Of a stretch of DNA of 64,000 bases, positions 18,306 to 28,971 are shown piece after piece. Each line of letters opens with the position of its first letter. The first letter of the stretch is position 1. The position numbers and the translations under genes were made by a program. The notes under the pieces are model-generated. The model searched no databases, was not told the DNA's origin, and saw nothing but the letters and a program-made list of their open reading frames with translations. Source of the DNA: Candidatus Latescibacterota bacterium (GTDB lineage: Bacteria > Latescibacterota > UBA2968 > SICM01); assembly GCA_965217865.1 (NCBI GenBank), contig CBDCJO010000002.1, positions 2,144,001 to 2,208,000 of the forward strand, written 5' to 3'.

Positions 18306-19444
18306 CGATCGAACACCCGGATCGTGAGGAACCCGTTCCGGAGCCGCGCGCTGAGAAACTTGCCGTCCGCACTGCTCTTGACGATCCCCTGGAGCAAAAC
18401 GAGGTGTTGACCTGGATCCACAGGCACGATCGCTGTGATGTTCACGCTAACGTGACGTTGCTCTGCCGTCAAGACATTGTCAATTCCGGAGAAATTTCCA
18501 ACGGCTGTATTTCCGCCAACCCGTATCCGGAGCAGGCAGTTGGTTCCGGCGGTGAGGTTCCCGACAAAACGGATGTCCAGGACGGATGGGGCGTCGACGG
18601 AGACAGTGGTCACAATATCGGTGATGTCTGACCAGGAATTTGCACTAATCGAAATCGGAGACTCGTTCGTCCCCTTTGGACCCAATGTCTGGTACCTCAG
18701 CCGAAACGGGGGGGAGGGCCCAACCCATTGCCCTTGACGATCGATCACGGTACTGCCCCCGGTAGAGACCAGACTGTCTGTGGTCACCACCCCGCCGAAG
18801 ATCGATCCTGCCCTTACATCCCCACCCACCCAGCGGCCCTTGCCGTCAATCACAACCCCACCGCCCGACATAACCACACTGTCTGCGGTCACGACCCCCC
18901 CAGAGATCGATCCCGCCGTCACATCCCCGCCCACCCAGCGCCCCTGACGGTCTATGATCGGACCAATGTCTGGGAAACTGACGGAGGCGGGTTCGATATC
19001 CCGCCCGGGCACATCATCCGCGACCTCCGCCCGGAAAGCGTAACCCACGCTCACGATCCTCTGACGAGGGACCATCTCGGCGCCCTCCCCAACCTTCACT
19101 CCCAGATAACGGTCCGCCTCCGAAAAAACAGAAAGGGGCATGGGGACCACAATGCCCAGCAGGACGTTGAACATGCCATCCGTGACCTCGACCGTTTGGA
19201 TTTCCATCCAGAGGGGGTCGCCGTCCTCCTGAGAATCATAGATTGAAAAGGCCATGCGGAAGGTTCCTGACGAAGCCGTGTCACCAACGGCCAGATGTCC
19301 CTGATAGTTCAGGAGATGCGGCACCTGTGCAAAAGACGGAGGAGGTGACCATAAGGCCAGAACAAAGATGATCAGGGTCCGATTCATAACCGAGGCCGCC
19401 CCTTGGAAGATTCGGGAAGGTTGTCTTTCGAATTCGATATTCAT
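18302..19444 (-). CDS. Secreted hypothetical protein with 35-aa internal repeats
   Basis: Signal peptide ending SFA-QVPHLLNYQG; PRQRIVSVGYAF; repeated ID-x-GRWVGGDV..GSI.GGVVT.DS. Confidence 0.75.
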   Translation of the reverse strand: MNIEFERQPSRIFQGAASVMNRTLIIFVLALWSPPPSFAQVPHLLNYQGHLAVGDTASSGTFRMAFSIYDSQEDGDPLWMEIQTVEVTDGMFNVLLGIVVPMPLSVFSEADRYLGVKVGEGAEMVPRQRIVSVGYAFRAEVADDVPGRDIEPASVSFPDIGPIIDRQGRWVGGDVTAGSISGGVVTADSVVMSGGGVVIDGKGRWVGGDVRAGSIFGGVVTTDSLVSTGGSTVIDRQGQWVGPSPPFRLRYQTLGPKGTNESPISISANSWSDITDIVTTVSVDAPSVLDIRFVGNLTAGTNCLLRIRVGGNTAVGNFSGIDNVLTAEQRHVSVNITAIVPVDPGQHLVLLQGIVKSSADGKFLSARLRNGFLTIRVFDR

Positions 19445-19776
19445 AACGGTTTCCTTCTCGACATCAATTTAGGACACAGGATCGGGATTGAGCAAGAGAA
19501 AAAACGATCATGGGAAACTTAAAGACCCTTGGCGGGATCATCGCTCAGGGGAAGGGAACCTGGCGAACTGCACCCGTTGATCGGGGAAAAAAATCTTGAC
19601 TTGGAATTCAATATATCGTATCGTTTTGGTGGTTTGACCTACTACAGATTGTATATTTCTTGGGATCACTCGGAATCCTGCCACTCCCCGAAATCGGGAT
19701 TCCCGTCCCTCCCCTTCGGTTCGAATTGTTCCCCGCGATCTCAACGTCCAGCAACAGCTCTTGATCGGAGGCAGGT

Positions 19777-22700
19777 GTGTACCTCTCGCGGTTGACCGTT
19801 TTCGGTTTCAAGTCATTTGCCCATAAGATCGAAATCGATTTTCGAGGCGGCATCACCGCCGTTGTGGGGCCGAACGGCTGCGGGAAAACCAACATCGTCG
19901 ATGCCATCCGCTGGGCCATCGGGGAAACCCGGCCCGGAGCGATGCGAAGCAACCGGATGGAAGACGTCATCTTCACGGGATCCCGCCAACGAAAGCCGCT
20001 TGGCATGGCCGAGGTATCCGTCACGATTTCTAACGATAAAAAGATATTGCCCGTGGAGTTCTCAGAAGTCACGGTCACCCGTCGCCTGTTCAGGTCGGGT
20101 GAGAGCGACTATCTCCTGAACAAGATTCCCTGCCGCCTGATGGATATCCATACCCTTTTCATGGACACCGGGTTGGGAGCCCACGCCTATTCTGTGATCG
20201 AACAGGGGATGGTGGACGCCATTATCAGCGACAAAGCCGAGGACAGGCGGCACATATTCGAGGAAGCAGCCGGGATCACTCGCTACAAAATAAGACGCAA
20301 GTCGGCCTGGAACAAACTCGTGTCCATCCAGGGCGATCTTCAACGGATCGACGATATCGTCGGAGAGGTGGAACGCCAGGTCCGCTCACTTCAGCGCCAG
20401 ATGCGGAAAGCCCGGCAGTATAAAAACCTCGCCGATCAGGTGAAGGAAATGGAAGTCTCCCTTGGACGGCACCGATATTTTGAGTTGGCGGGGGCCGCCA
20501 GGCCGATGGTCGAGGAGATCCAGTTCCTGAAGGAGGAAGTGGACCTGGGGAACTCGGACCTTGCCCGCACGGAGGCTCGCCTCGAGGGCGTAAGGGTTGA
20601 CCTTTCCGAACAGGATCACGCCCTTTCTTCGATCAATGCCGAGTTGAGCAGTCATCAGACCGTCGTACACGCCAAAGACAGGGAAATCTCTGTTGCCCGC
20701 GAGAGTATCCGGGGAATCGAGGCCTTTTTGGAGAGGGCGAGGAATGGCCGGTTGGAAACCGGTCAGCGGTTGGAGAGGGTCATCCAGGATCTGAATCGGT
20801 CCCAGGAGGAAAGGGAAGAGACAAATAAGACCTTGGTTGCCACGGAGGGGAATCTGAGGGATGCGGATTCAGACATGAAAAGGGTCCAGTCACTCATGGA
20901 GGAACAGAGGAGCCTGGCGGATGACGACAAGTCGAGGTTAATCGAACTTTTGGGGAAACGCAGCGAGAGAGGGGGGCGACTCGAGCGCCTTCGAGGGGAG
21001 CTCGATGGACTGACAGCTCGTCTGGCAGAGGTCAAAAAAGAATCGTTGTTGACCGCAACCCGAACTGAGGTTGCCGTTCGCAGCGTGGAGATGGCCGCTT
21101 CGGAGAGGCGCATCTCAGAAGAACAAAGGGACGCGTTACAAACCCGAAAGACCCAGCTTACGGAAGCCCTGAACCGGGCTCGGGAACACGCGGGGGTTCT
21201 CAACCAGGAGGAAAATGAACTGAAGCGAAGGATGGAAGGGGTGCGGGCACGTCTCCACCTGCTGGAACGCCTCCGGGAAGGATTCGAAGGATTTTCCGAT
21301 GGCGTCCGGTCACTGGTTGTCGACTCCCCCCATTCGGGGGATATTCGTGGGGTGGTCGCGGACCTCATCGAGGCGGATGAACCCTATCTCCAGGCCCTGG
21401 AGACCGCACTCGGACGATCCCTGGAAGCCCTCGTGGTCCCCGGGACAACCGATGCCGAGAGTGCCATCCGATTCCTGAAAGAAGGTGCGAGGGGGACTGC
21501 GGGATTCTGGCCTTTGGAGCGGATAAACGAATCGACCGAGGAGCCGACCTGGGAGCCGCCCTCCGAAGAGGGTGTCATCGGGAAAGCCGTCGACCTGGTT
21601 CGTTCAGACATCGAACTTTCAAACCTCGTTCGGCACCTGCTGGGGCATACGCTCGTGGTGCAGGACATGGCCTCGGCCCTGGCTGTTTCGCGGACGAATC
21701 TCCCGAAAGGAATCGACCTTGTGACGCTGGATGGAGACCTTTTGGCTGCCAGCGGGATGGTCTCTGGGGGCAGGTCCGGAGGGGAACGGGAATCTGTCGG
21801 CCTGATCGGACGCAAACAGCAGATCAATAGCCTCCGCAGTGAGCTGGAGGATGGCGATCGACAACTCGAGGATCTTTCCGAACGGATCGCTGAAGCCCGG
21901 GAACGGACTGGGGAATTAGAGAGACAGTTGTCCGGGGTTGAAGAACAGCTCTCCGATCTGGAAAACGGGATAGCGACCCTGGAAAGAGATCGGGACAAGG
22001 CCCAAACCGAGGTAGATCGATTGCAGGAACTGAAGGTGTCGCTCCAGGAGGAGGAAAATAGAATCCGTTCCGGTGTCAAGGCCGCAGAGGAACAGATCGA
22101 AGACCAGGAGAAAGACCTCAGGCATATCGACGCAGATCGTGAGGAACTGGAACGCTTCGCAATTCAGCACGATGAAGCCTTAAAGCACGCCGAGGAAGCC
22201 ATGCGTTCCCGCCGGGAAACGACAAACGATCTGACACTTCGAGTCACGACCCTCCGGGGACGCCTGGAGGAGTTGGAAAGAGAAGGGTCAAGGCTCGATG
22301 GGGAAAAGATCTCCCTGGGAAGTCAGATCGAGGGGATGGATTCTGAAATCGCAGAAGCGGCCAGCCGGAAAGAGGCCATTGCGTCAAAGGGGGCCAGGGA
22401 TAAAGAAGAGATGGAGAAACTTCACAGGGTTCAAACTGAAATCGAAAAACGGCGAGACAGTCACGCGGAACGTTACCAGGAACTCGCCCTGAGCACCAGG
22501 GGTCTGGAAGATGATATTCGAGAAAGGCAGCGGCGCCTGAATAAACAACGCGAAAAGCTTCACGACCTGGAGTTGGGGCTTCAAGAGTTGAAAGGGAAGG
22601 CCGATGCCCTTCGAGGTCGGCTCTCTGAGACTCACCGGGTGGATGTCAAAGAGATGGGACCCCCTGAAGACGACGGGGGATCCAACGTCGATCTCCTTGA

Positions 22701-23406
22701 GAAACGGATCTATGAATTCCAGGACCGGATGCGACGCATCGGCGCTGTCAATATGGCCGCCCTGGAGGATTACGAAATCCAGAAAGACCGTTACGAATTC
22801 CTGAACAAACAGCGGAACGACCTGTTGGAGGCCGAGGAAACCTTAAAGAAAACGATTGCGAGGATCGACCGGACAGCCAGGAGCCGATTTACAGACACTT
22901 TTGCCAAAATCCGGGAAAATTTTCAAAAAACCTTCGTGGCGTTTTTCGAGGGCGGTGAGGCCGATCTCTGGATGGAGACAAATCAGGACCCGCTTGACGC
23001 CCCGATCCACATCACCGCTCGTCCCCACGGAAAGCGGCTCCAGCACATCAACCTCCTCTCCGGAGGAGAGCGGTCCCTGACCGCGATCGGTTTATTGTTC
23101 GCGATCTACCTGGTTAAACCGAGTCCCTTCTGCATACTCGATGAGGTGGACGCCCCTCTGGACGATGTCAACATCGACCGCTTTACCCGGGTTTTGCGGA
23201 AGTTCGCCGCGGACACCCAATTCATCGTCGTAACCCACAACAAGAAGACGATGGAAGCTGCTGAATCGCTCCACGGCGTCACCATGGAAGAACCCGGTGT
23301 GTCCAGGCTTGTCTCGGTCCGGATCGGAAGGAACGGCAAACAGCAGAGCAGCGAGGCCCCACCCCGGGTGGAGACATCCGAAGCGACCGAGGCCGTACCT
23401 GCCTGA
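19777..23406 (+). CDS. smc: Chromosome segregation protein SMC
   Basis: GFKSF, GPNGCGKTN, hinge, LSGGE, LDEVDAPLD. Confidence 0.98.
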   Translation: MYLSRLTVFGFKSFAHKIEIDFRGGITAVVGPNGCGKTNIVDAIRWAIGETRPGAMRSNRMEDVIFTGSRQRKPLGMAEVSVTISNDKKILPVEFSEVTVTRRLFRSGESDYLLNKIPCRLMDIHTLFMDTGLGAHAYSVIEQGMVDAIISDKAEDRRHIFEEAAGITRYKIRRKSAWNKLVSIQGDLQRIDDIVGEVERQVRSLQRQMRKARQYKNLADQVKEMEVSLGRHRYFELAGAARPMVEEIQFLKEEVDLGNSDLARTEARLEGVRVDLSEQDHALSSINAELSSHQTVVHAKDREISVARESIRGIEAFLERARNGRLETGQRLERVIQDLNRSQEEREETNKTLVATEGNLRDADSDMKRVQSLMEEQRSLADDDKSRLIELLGKRSERGGRLERLRGELDGLTARLAEVKKESLLTATRTEVAVRSVEMAASERRISEEQRDALQTRKTQLTEALNRAREHAGVLNQEENELKRRMEGVRARLHLLERLREGFEGFSDGVRSLVVDSPHSGDIRGVVADLIEADEPYLQALETALGRSLEALVVPGTTDAESAIRFLKEGARGTAGFWPLERINESTEEPTWEPPSEEGVIGKAVDLVRSDIELSNLVRHLLGHTLVVQDMASALAVSRTNLPKGIDLVTLDGDLLAASGMVSGGRSGGERESVGLIGRKQQINSLRSELEDGDRQLEDLSERIAEARERTGELERQLSGVEEQLSDLENGIATLERDRDKAQTEVDRLQELKVSLQEEENRIRSGVKAAEEQIEDQEKDLRHIDADREELERFAIQHDEALKHAEEAMRSRRETTNDLTLRVTTLRGRLEELEREGSRLDGEKISLGSQIEGMDSEIAEAASRKEAIASKGARDKEEMEKLHRVQTEIEKRRDSHAERYQELALSTRGLEDDIRERQRRLNKQREKLHDLELGLQELKGKADALRGRLSETHRVDVKEMGPPEDDGGSNVDLLEKRIYEFQDRMRRIGAVNMAALEDYEIQKDRYEFLNKQRNDLLEAEETLKKTIARIDRTARSRFTDTFAKIRENFQKTFVAFFEGGEADLWMETNQDPLDAPIHITARPHGKRLQHINLLSGGERSLTAIGLLFAIYLVKPSPFCILDEVDAPLDDVNIDRFTRVLRKFAADTQFIVVTHNKKTMEAAESLHGVTMEEPGVSRLVSVRIGRNGKQQSSEAPPRVETSEATEAVPA

Positions 23407-23434
23407 CCCTCGGCTGTATCACTGGAATCCACGT

Positions 23435-23465
23435 AAAAAGGAGGACGTTTTTGTCCTCCTTTTTG
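23435..23465. terminator. Bidirectional terminator between smc and serS
   Basis: AAAAAGGAGGAC-loop-GTCCTCCTTTTTT. Confidence 0.85.
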
Positions 23466-23498
23466 TGTTCTAACACCTTTGTTCCACCCCGCTTCCAC

Positions 23499-24770
23499 CT
23501 ACTTCGGCTCGATGACTGCTTTACCCCCCAGATATGGGCGCAAAACCTCCGGGATGACAACGCTTCCATCTTTCTGCTGATTGTTTTCCAGGATGGGAAT
23601 CAGGATACGTGGAGACGCGATAACCGTGTTGTTCAGGGTGTGGGCGAAACGAATCTTTCCCCCCACATCCCTGTACCGCAGATTCAGGCGTCGGGCTTGG
23701 AATTCGTGAAAGGTCGAGCAGGAGTGGGTCTCGCCATAGGCCTCACGCGAAGGCATCCAGGACTCGATATCGTGCTTCCGGACTTGACCAATTCCAAGAT
23801 CACCCGTGCAGACCGCGACAACCCGGTAGGGAACCTCGATGGCCTGCACAATCTCCTCGGCATTCCGTAAGATGGCTTCGTGCCACTTTGCGGACTCCTC
23901 CTCCTCGTTCGCGCAGACGATGACCTGTTCCACCTTTTCGAACTGATGGATGCGATAAAGACCCCGGGTATCCTTGCCGTAAGTCCCCGCTTCCCGCCGA
24001 AAGCAGGGGGAAAGGCCGAAGCTTTTCAAGGGGAGGTCCGATTCGGCTAAAATCTCCTCGCAACGATACGATGTGAGCGAAACCTCGGCTGTCCCCACCA
24101 GAAATGCGTTGTCTTTTTCTACGTGATAGGCCTGATCGCGGCCTGTTGGGAAATAGCCGGTACCAACCATAGGCGCCTCATTCACGAGCACGGGCACCAC
24201 CATGGGGGTGAAACCCTTGGTTGTCATCCGATCTATGGCTAGGCGCAAAATCGCCCAGTGAAGAAGGCTCCCATCATTTTTGAGAATATAACTGCGGCTC
24301 CCTGCGAGTTTGACCCCTCTGGTGACATCGATCAGGTCCAGAGACTCGCCCAGTTCGACGTGATCCTTCGGGACGAAATCGAACTGCGGCGGGGTCCCCC
24401 ATCTCCGAATCTCCACATTATCCAATTCGGTCTCTCCCTCAGGGACATCTTCACGGGGGGGATTGGGGACGTGAAACAACGCTTCGGTGATCTGGTCGTC
24501 CAGCCTTCGGTACTCCGGCTCCAAGTTCTTGATTTCATTGGCCACCTCTTTCATACGGACGATGGCCTTCTGTTTTTCATCTCCCTGGAGCTTGGATACC
24601 AGCTCGGATCCCCGGTTCCTTTCGGCCCGGAGCGTGTCAAGTTCCGTGCGAATCTCCCTCCCGCGGGCATCCATGGCGAGCAATCCGTCCAGATCCACCT
24701 CGATCCTCTTTTTCCTGGCTCCTTCTCTTATTAGATCCGGGTTCTCGCGAATAAATCTCAGGTCAACCAT
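23499..24770 (-). CDS. serS: Serine--tRNA ligase
   Basis: MVDLRFIREN, GTAEV, FRREAG, RIHQFEKVE, HTLNNT. Confidence 0.97.
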   Translation of the reverse strand: MVDLRFIRENPDLIREGARKKRIEVDLDGLLAMDARGREIRTELDTLRAERNRGSELVSKLQGDEKQKAIVRMKEVANEIKNLEPEYRRLDDQITEALFHVPNPPREDVPEGETELDNVEIRRWGTPPQFDFVPKDHVELGESLDLIDVTRGVKLAGSRSYILKNDGSLLHWAILRLAIDRMTTKGFTPMVVPVLVNEAPMVGTGYFPTGRDQAYHVEKDNAFLVGTAEVSLTSYRCEEILAESDLPLKSFGLSPCFRREAGTYGKDTRGLYRIHQFEKVEQVIVCANEEEESAKWHEAILRNAEEIVQAIEVPYRVVAVCTGDLGIGQVRKHDIESWMPSREAYGETHSCSTFHEFQARRLNLRYRDVGGKIRFAHTLNNTVIASPRILIPILENNQQKDGSVVIPEVLRPYLGGKAVIEPK

Positions 24771-24837
24771 AGATTGCCTCAAGAGAAAAACGTCCCGGTA
24801 GATCGCCTCCAAAGTTCGGATTCCGACTCGAGCGGGA

Positions 24838-25372
24838 TTATCCCTTCCCTTTTTTGATCCGAAGCAAAACCGATTGAATCTTCAGGGCGGTGTCCCTGTT
24901 CAGCCTTGATAAAATCCGAAGGACAGTGTCCTCATCCAGCTCTGAGATCGTTGCGGCCGCCTGTCCGGGTTCCATCATGGCGCACAAACTGGCGAGTTGA
25001 TCGATCTTCTTTTCCTGGACCACTTCGTGGGACCTGAGGCGCCCCTTAAGATCGGTCTTAAGAATCTTCAGTTCCGCCAGTTCCCGCTCCGCTTCCGACC
25101 TCGAAGGGGCTCTTTCCTTCGGGTTGGGGGCAATAGACGAGTCCAATCCGGATAATTGCCCCGGCGTAGACGCCTCTTTTTCGGTCTGACCGGCCCGCTC
25201 CGCTGATGAAGATAACTCTAAAGGCATCGACGATCGTGCCGATGATTCTGACAGGTCCCAGAGGGAGAAATTTGTGGAACTGGGGGTCTAAACAGCAGGA
25301 CCATGGACCCCAGAACCGCCGCGAAGGAAAAAAACATAAACAGGACAAGTTGGGTCGGGGATTGAGTTTCAT
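24838..25372 (-). pseudogene. MotE/MgtE_N-like flagellar-associated protein, frameshifted
   Basis: C-terminal LASLCAMMEPGQAAATISELDEDTVLRILSRL; N-terminal TM (LVLFMFFSFAAVLGSMVLLF) out of frame with both start and C-terminus. Confidence 0.55.
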
Positions 25373-25743
25373 TTGCTTAACCTGAAGTGAACGGGCAGAA
25401 AAACCATCCTCCCTTGAAACTTCTTTTCATAAAATATCGGACCAATCGTTCGCTTTGTCAATAGACCATTAAGGATTGAAAAAAAAGAGATTAGGTCCTT
25501 AAACTGAAACGTTTGTCGGTTTTGGCACAGCTTTCGCTTAACGTTTCTGTAGATGTAAAAAATCAATCCAAAACAGCGAAAGGGGTGATCTCAGTGGACT
25601 GTCCGGAAAGAGAATGGAAAGACAGGATGGCCTATCTTGCCCTATTTTATGCGATCAAAGGGCAAATCAGGAAGTCTGAACAGCTCCGGAGGCTGATCCG
25701 AAAGATCGACCAGCCAACCCCGGCGACGGTGTCCGGTTAATAT

Positions 25744-26685
25744 TTACCTCCCTGCCCTCGATGCTTCCGGGTCTCGAACCGCTTCTTTGCGGAGCACCGC
25801 AACGACTGCCAGGCAAAGAAATTCGGCGAGCATAAACCAGAGCCGAGACCATAATGCCGATGGCGTGGCCAGGGCGGATGGAATATGATAACCCAGGAAA
25901 TAGGCCAGGATGCCCTCACGCACCACCAGGCCTCCCGGTGCCAGCAGGACCAAAAGCCCCCCCGTGTAAGCGATGGCATGGATCGGGATCAAGACTCCGA
26001 TCAGGTTCGGTGAAACCGGTGCCAGAGATGAGATGAACACGTAGAGGGCAAGTCCGTAGCCAAACCAGCCCAAGGTATATAGCCCTGTGATGAATAACAG
26101 TTTGGCGAACGAAAAACGGATGTGAATCGGTTCCTGCTTGAACAGCCTGAGCAGGAGATTGATCGCCCTTTCCAAGACTCGAGGGTGAAGAAAACCAATC
26201 CCGCCCCCCAGGATGATCAGCAGCAAGGTCGTCCACATCGGTTCGATGGGATTCCCCTCGAAGGCGAGGTATAGCCCGAAGAGGCCTGCAGCGGACAACG
26301 TCGAAAGGGCCTGGGCAAGAACAATACTCAATCCGGTGACGCGTTTCGGAATCCCTTCCTTCTCGCATAAATAGACCATCCCCACCACCTGCCACACCTT
26401 CCCCGGAAGATATCTTCCAAGGTTTGATACAAACCAGATTCTCCAGGCGATACGCATCGGAAGGTCATAGCTCATCCATCTTAAAATGATCCGCCAGATC
26501 GGAATCATGGAACCCAGGACAACGAAAAGCAAAAGGACGGAGAGGACGAGACGGAAAAGGTCGAACCGCCAAGTATACTCCGAAACTTGGGTCCAGTTAT
26601 GATAAAGGTTTTGGAAGATGAAGTAGGCGATGATCCCCAACCCCACCAGTTGAAGCGACCGTCCGAGCGGTTTTTTGAAGTTCAT
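25744..26685 (-). CDS. Lysylphosphatidylglycerol synthase TM-domain (flippase-like) protein
   Basis: SNLGRYLPGKVW, APGGLVVRE, SRLW motifs; multi-TM. Confidence 0.85.
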   Translation of the reverse strand: MNFKKPLGRSLQLVGLGIIAYFIFQNLYHNWTQVSEYTWRFDLFRLVLSVLLLFVVLGSMIPIWRIILRWMSYDLPMRIAWRIWFVSNLGRYLPGKVWQVVGMVYLCEKEGIPKRVTGLSIVLAQALSTLSAAGLFGLYLAFEGNPIEPMWTTLLLIILGGGIGFLHPRVLERAINLLLRLFKQEPIHIRFSFAKLLFITGLYTLGWFGYGLALYVFISSLAPVSPNLIGVLIPIHAIAYTGGLLVLLAPGGLVVREGILAYFLGYHIPSALATPSALWSRLWFMLAEFLCLAVVAVLRKEAVRDPEASRAGR

Positions 26686-27824
26686 CGGCCTCCCAAAGGC
26701 TTGATGCTTCGGACCGCATCCGTGAAGGTCCTGGCAGAGGCCTGAATATCGAATTCCTTACAGACTTCAGGCGCACGCTTCGAAAGATCAAGATCCTTTC
26801 CCAGGGCAGCGGAGATGGCTTCGGCGATCCCCTCAGGACAGATGGTTCGAGCAACCACCCCCACCTCGAAATCCCTGATAATCCAACCCAGATCCCCCAC
26901 GTCCGTGGCAACCACGGGCTTGCCGGCTTGCATGGCCTCGTGAAAGACAACGGGCATACCTTCCTCTCGGGAAGGTATCACCAGCAGGTCGCAAGCTTTC
27001 ATATAAGCCGTCACCGTGGGTGCATTGACCATTCCTTCGAAAAAGACCCGATCCCTCAGGCCCAATGTGTCCACATCCCGTTCAAGCTTCTTCCTCAAGC
27101 TGCCATCCCCCAGTACGTGAAGGTCTATCCCTCCGCCTTTTGAGAGCAAATGAGCCACGGCTCGAATCAACAGGTCGACCCCCTTGACCGGTTCCAGGCG
27201 ACCTACAAAAAGGAGGTGTTGCCTCCCCGAGGGCAGTTCGGCCATCCGTGTTTCGGAAATTGGGAGAATCCGGTTCGTCGGCATGAAACCGGGCGTTCTG
27301 CCGACGAAGGCATTCACGTCCCGGGCTAATCCCCTGCTGTTGGCGAAAAGACACGTCGAATCCCTTAGGGTTTTCCTGACCAGTTGCTTCAAAATCGGTC
27401 TCCGCCCAAATTCATGAATGTCCGAACCGAGGCACCAGACCGCGTATGGAATACGGGTCTTGAGCCACGCCCGACGGCAGAGAACCCCACCGGGGACGGC
27501 CCAGGCTGCGAGACAGAAATCGATCTCCTCACGGTGGATCAGGTCGACAAGGGCAGTTACCCCTTGGCGAAAAAGACTCGGCAGGGAAAGAACGTCGGAG
27601 AGGCGATAGGGTTTTAATTCTCCCAGGCGTCTTTGGCCACCCCGCCACGGAAAGGTCCTTACGCATTCAGAACGCAGACGAGGCCTGGTTCCGTGCATCT
27701 CCGGAGTGAGAACGACGACCCGGAATCCCTCTTTCCGGAGGGCGTTTAAAAAGTCCAGGAGAAAGTTGCCATAGAGATCGCCTTCGTACAGGGGATAGCA
27801 GTGGGTGACGACGCAGAGGTTCAT
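26682..27824 (-). CDS. Glycosyltransferase family 4
   Basis: GSDI, FVGRL..VKG, EGMPVVFHEAMQAG.PVVATDVG. Confidence 0.92.
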   Translation of the reverse strand: MNLCVVTHCYPLYEGDLYGNFLLDFLNALRKEGFRVVVLTPEMHGTRPRLRSECVRTFPWRGGQRRLGELKPYRLSDVLSLPSLFRQGVTALVDLIHREEIDFCLAAWAVPGGVLCRRAWLKTRIPYAVWCLGSDIHEFGRRPILKQLVRKTLRDSTCLFANSRGLARDVNAFVGRTPGFMPTNRILPISETRMAELPSGRQHLLFVGRLEPVKGVDLLIRAVAHLLSKGGGIDLHVLGDGSLRKKLERDVDTLGLRDRVFFEGMVNAPTVTAYMKACDLLVIPSREEGMPVVFHEAMQAGKPVVATDVGDLGWIIRDFEVGVVARTICPEGIAEAISAALGKDLDLSKRAPEVCKEFDIQASARTFTDAVRSIKPLGGR

Positions 27825-28774
27825 TCGCGGTATGCGTGAGTCCCTTTTTTCAATGAACGCTCCAACCTTTCGACCCGTTCGTCGCAACCGACTACAAGAT
27901 CTGCGAGAAAACCGGTCGCAAACAGCTGGAGCCCGGAAAGGACGAACATCACAGCCAGGGTAAAAATCGGCCGTTGCTGAGTCTGGATCGTCAACCACAG
28001 GTAGGCCAGATACAGGAACAGGGAAGCCCCAACCCCGGCAAGAAGGACCCCCGCACCACCGAAAAAGAGCATCGGTTTTCTGCTGAAAACCGTCTGGAAC
28101 TTGAGTGCGACGATATCCAAAAAGGAAATCGGGATGCGGGACCACCCGAACTTGGAGCGGCCATGCTTCCGGTGATAGTAATTTGTGGGCACCTCGGCGA
28201 CGCGGTAGCCTTTTGCAGCAGCAAGCAGGTAGATGAACCGATGCCAGTCGGAGCGAAGGTTCAGTTCCTCCATCACCTCCCGACTGAAAGCCTTGACCCA
28301 GTTCATGTCGTGGACATTTACATCAAACAGCCAGCGGCAGACCAGGTTTGCAACCCAAGAGGCGGGGACCTTGCTGCCAGACCGCCCCTGCCGCCACCCC
28401 ACCACCATGTCGTAACCCTGGTCCAACTTTCCAAGTAGTTTTGGAATATCCTCCTCCGGGTCTGACTCAAGATCCGCACACAGGAATACAATCCGTTCGC
28501 CCCGGGCATTTGCAAAACCGGTTTTCATCGCCTCGGTCTGGCCGAGCTTCATGCGATGGGTGAAGATCCGGAGGAACGGATAACGCTCCCGGGCTTCTTC
28601 CGCCTCGCGTAAGGTTCCGTCATTGCTCCCGTCGTCGACCAAAACGATCTCCCCATCGATCCCCTGGTCTTTGAACGCCCGGGCGATTTTTTCGATCAGA
28701 GGGGGAATATTCCCCTCCTCGTTGTGAGCGGGGACAAACACCGTAACCCCAGCCGTTTTTTGTGACATATCCAT
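27821..28774 (-). CDS. Glycosyltransferase family 2 (polyprenyl-phosphate sugar synthase-like) with C-terminal TM helices
   Basis: PAHNEEGNI, VDDGSNDGT, ADL, HRF, R..GRSKF. Confidence 0.9.
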   Translation of the reverse strand: MDMSQKTAGVTVFVPAHNEEGNIPPLIEKIARAFKDQGIDGEIVLVDDGSNDGTLREAEEARERYPFLRIFTHRMKLGQTEAMKTGFANARGERIVFLCADLESDPEEDIPKLLGKLDQGYDMVVGWRQGRSGSKVPASWVANLVCRWLFDVNVHDMNWVKAFSREVMEELNLRSDWHRFIYLLAAAKGYRVAEVPTNYYHRKHGRSKFGWSRIPISFLDIVALKFQTVFSRKPMLFFGGAGVLLAGVGASLFLYLAYLWLTIQTQQRPIFTLAVMFVLSGLQLFATGFLADLVVGCDERVERLERSLKKGTHAYRE

Positions 28775-28971
28775 AGGATAACCGTCGGGAAAGTGCGATG
28801 CCGGGATATCAAGCTTCGCATTGGATATTGAGCCAACGATTCAAGACGGTAGACGTTTCAGGATCGATTTCGACGTAGGGTTACGCGGCTAGAATTGCGA
28901 TAAAAAAAGGACGAAGGCAAGGCCCTCGTCCCTCAGAGGATGGGGGTATGGCCGCCCGCAACCGTGATGCA

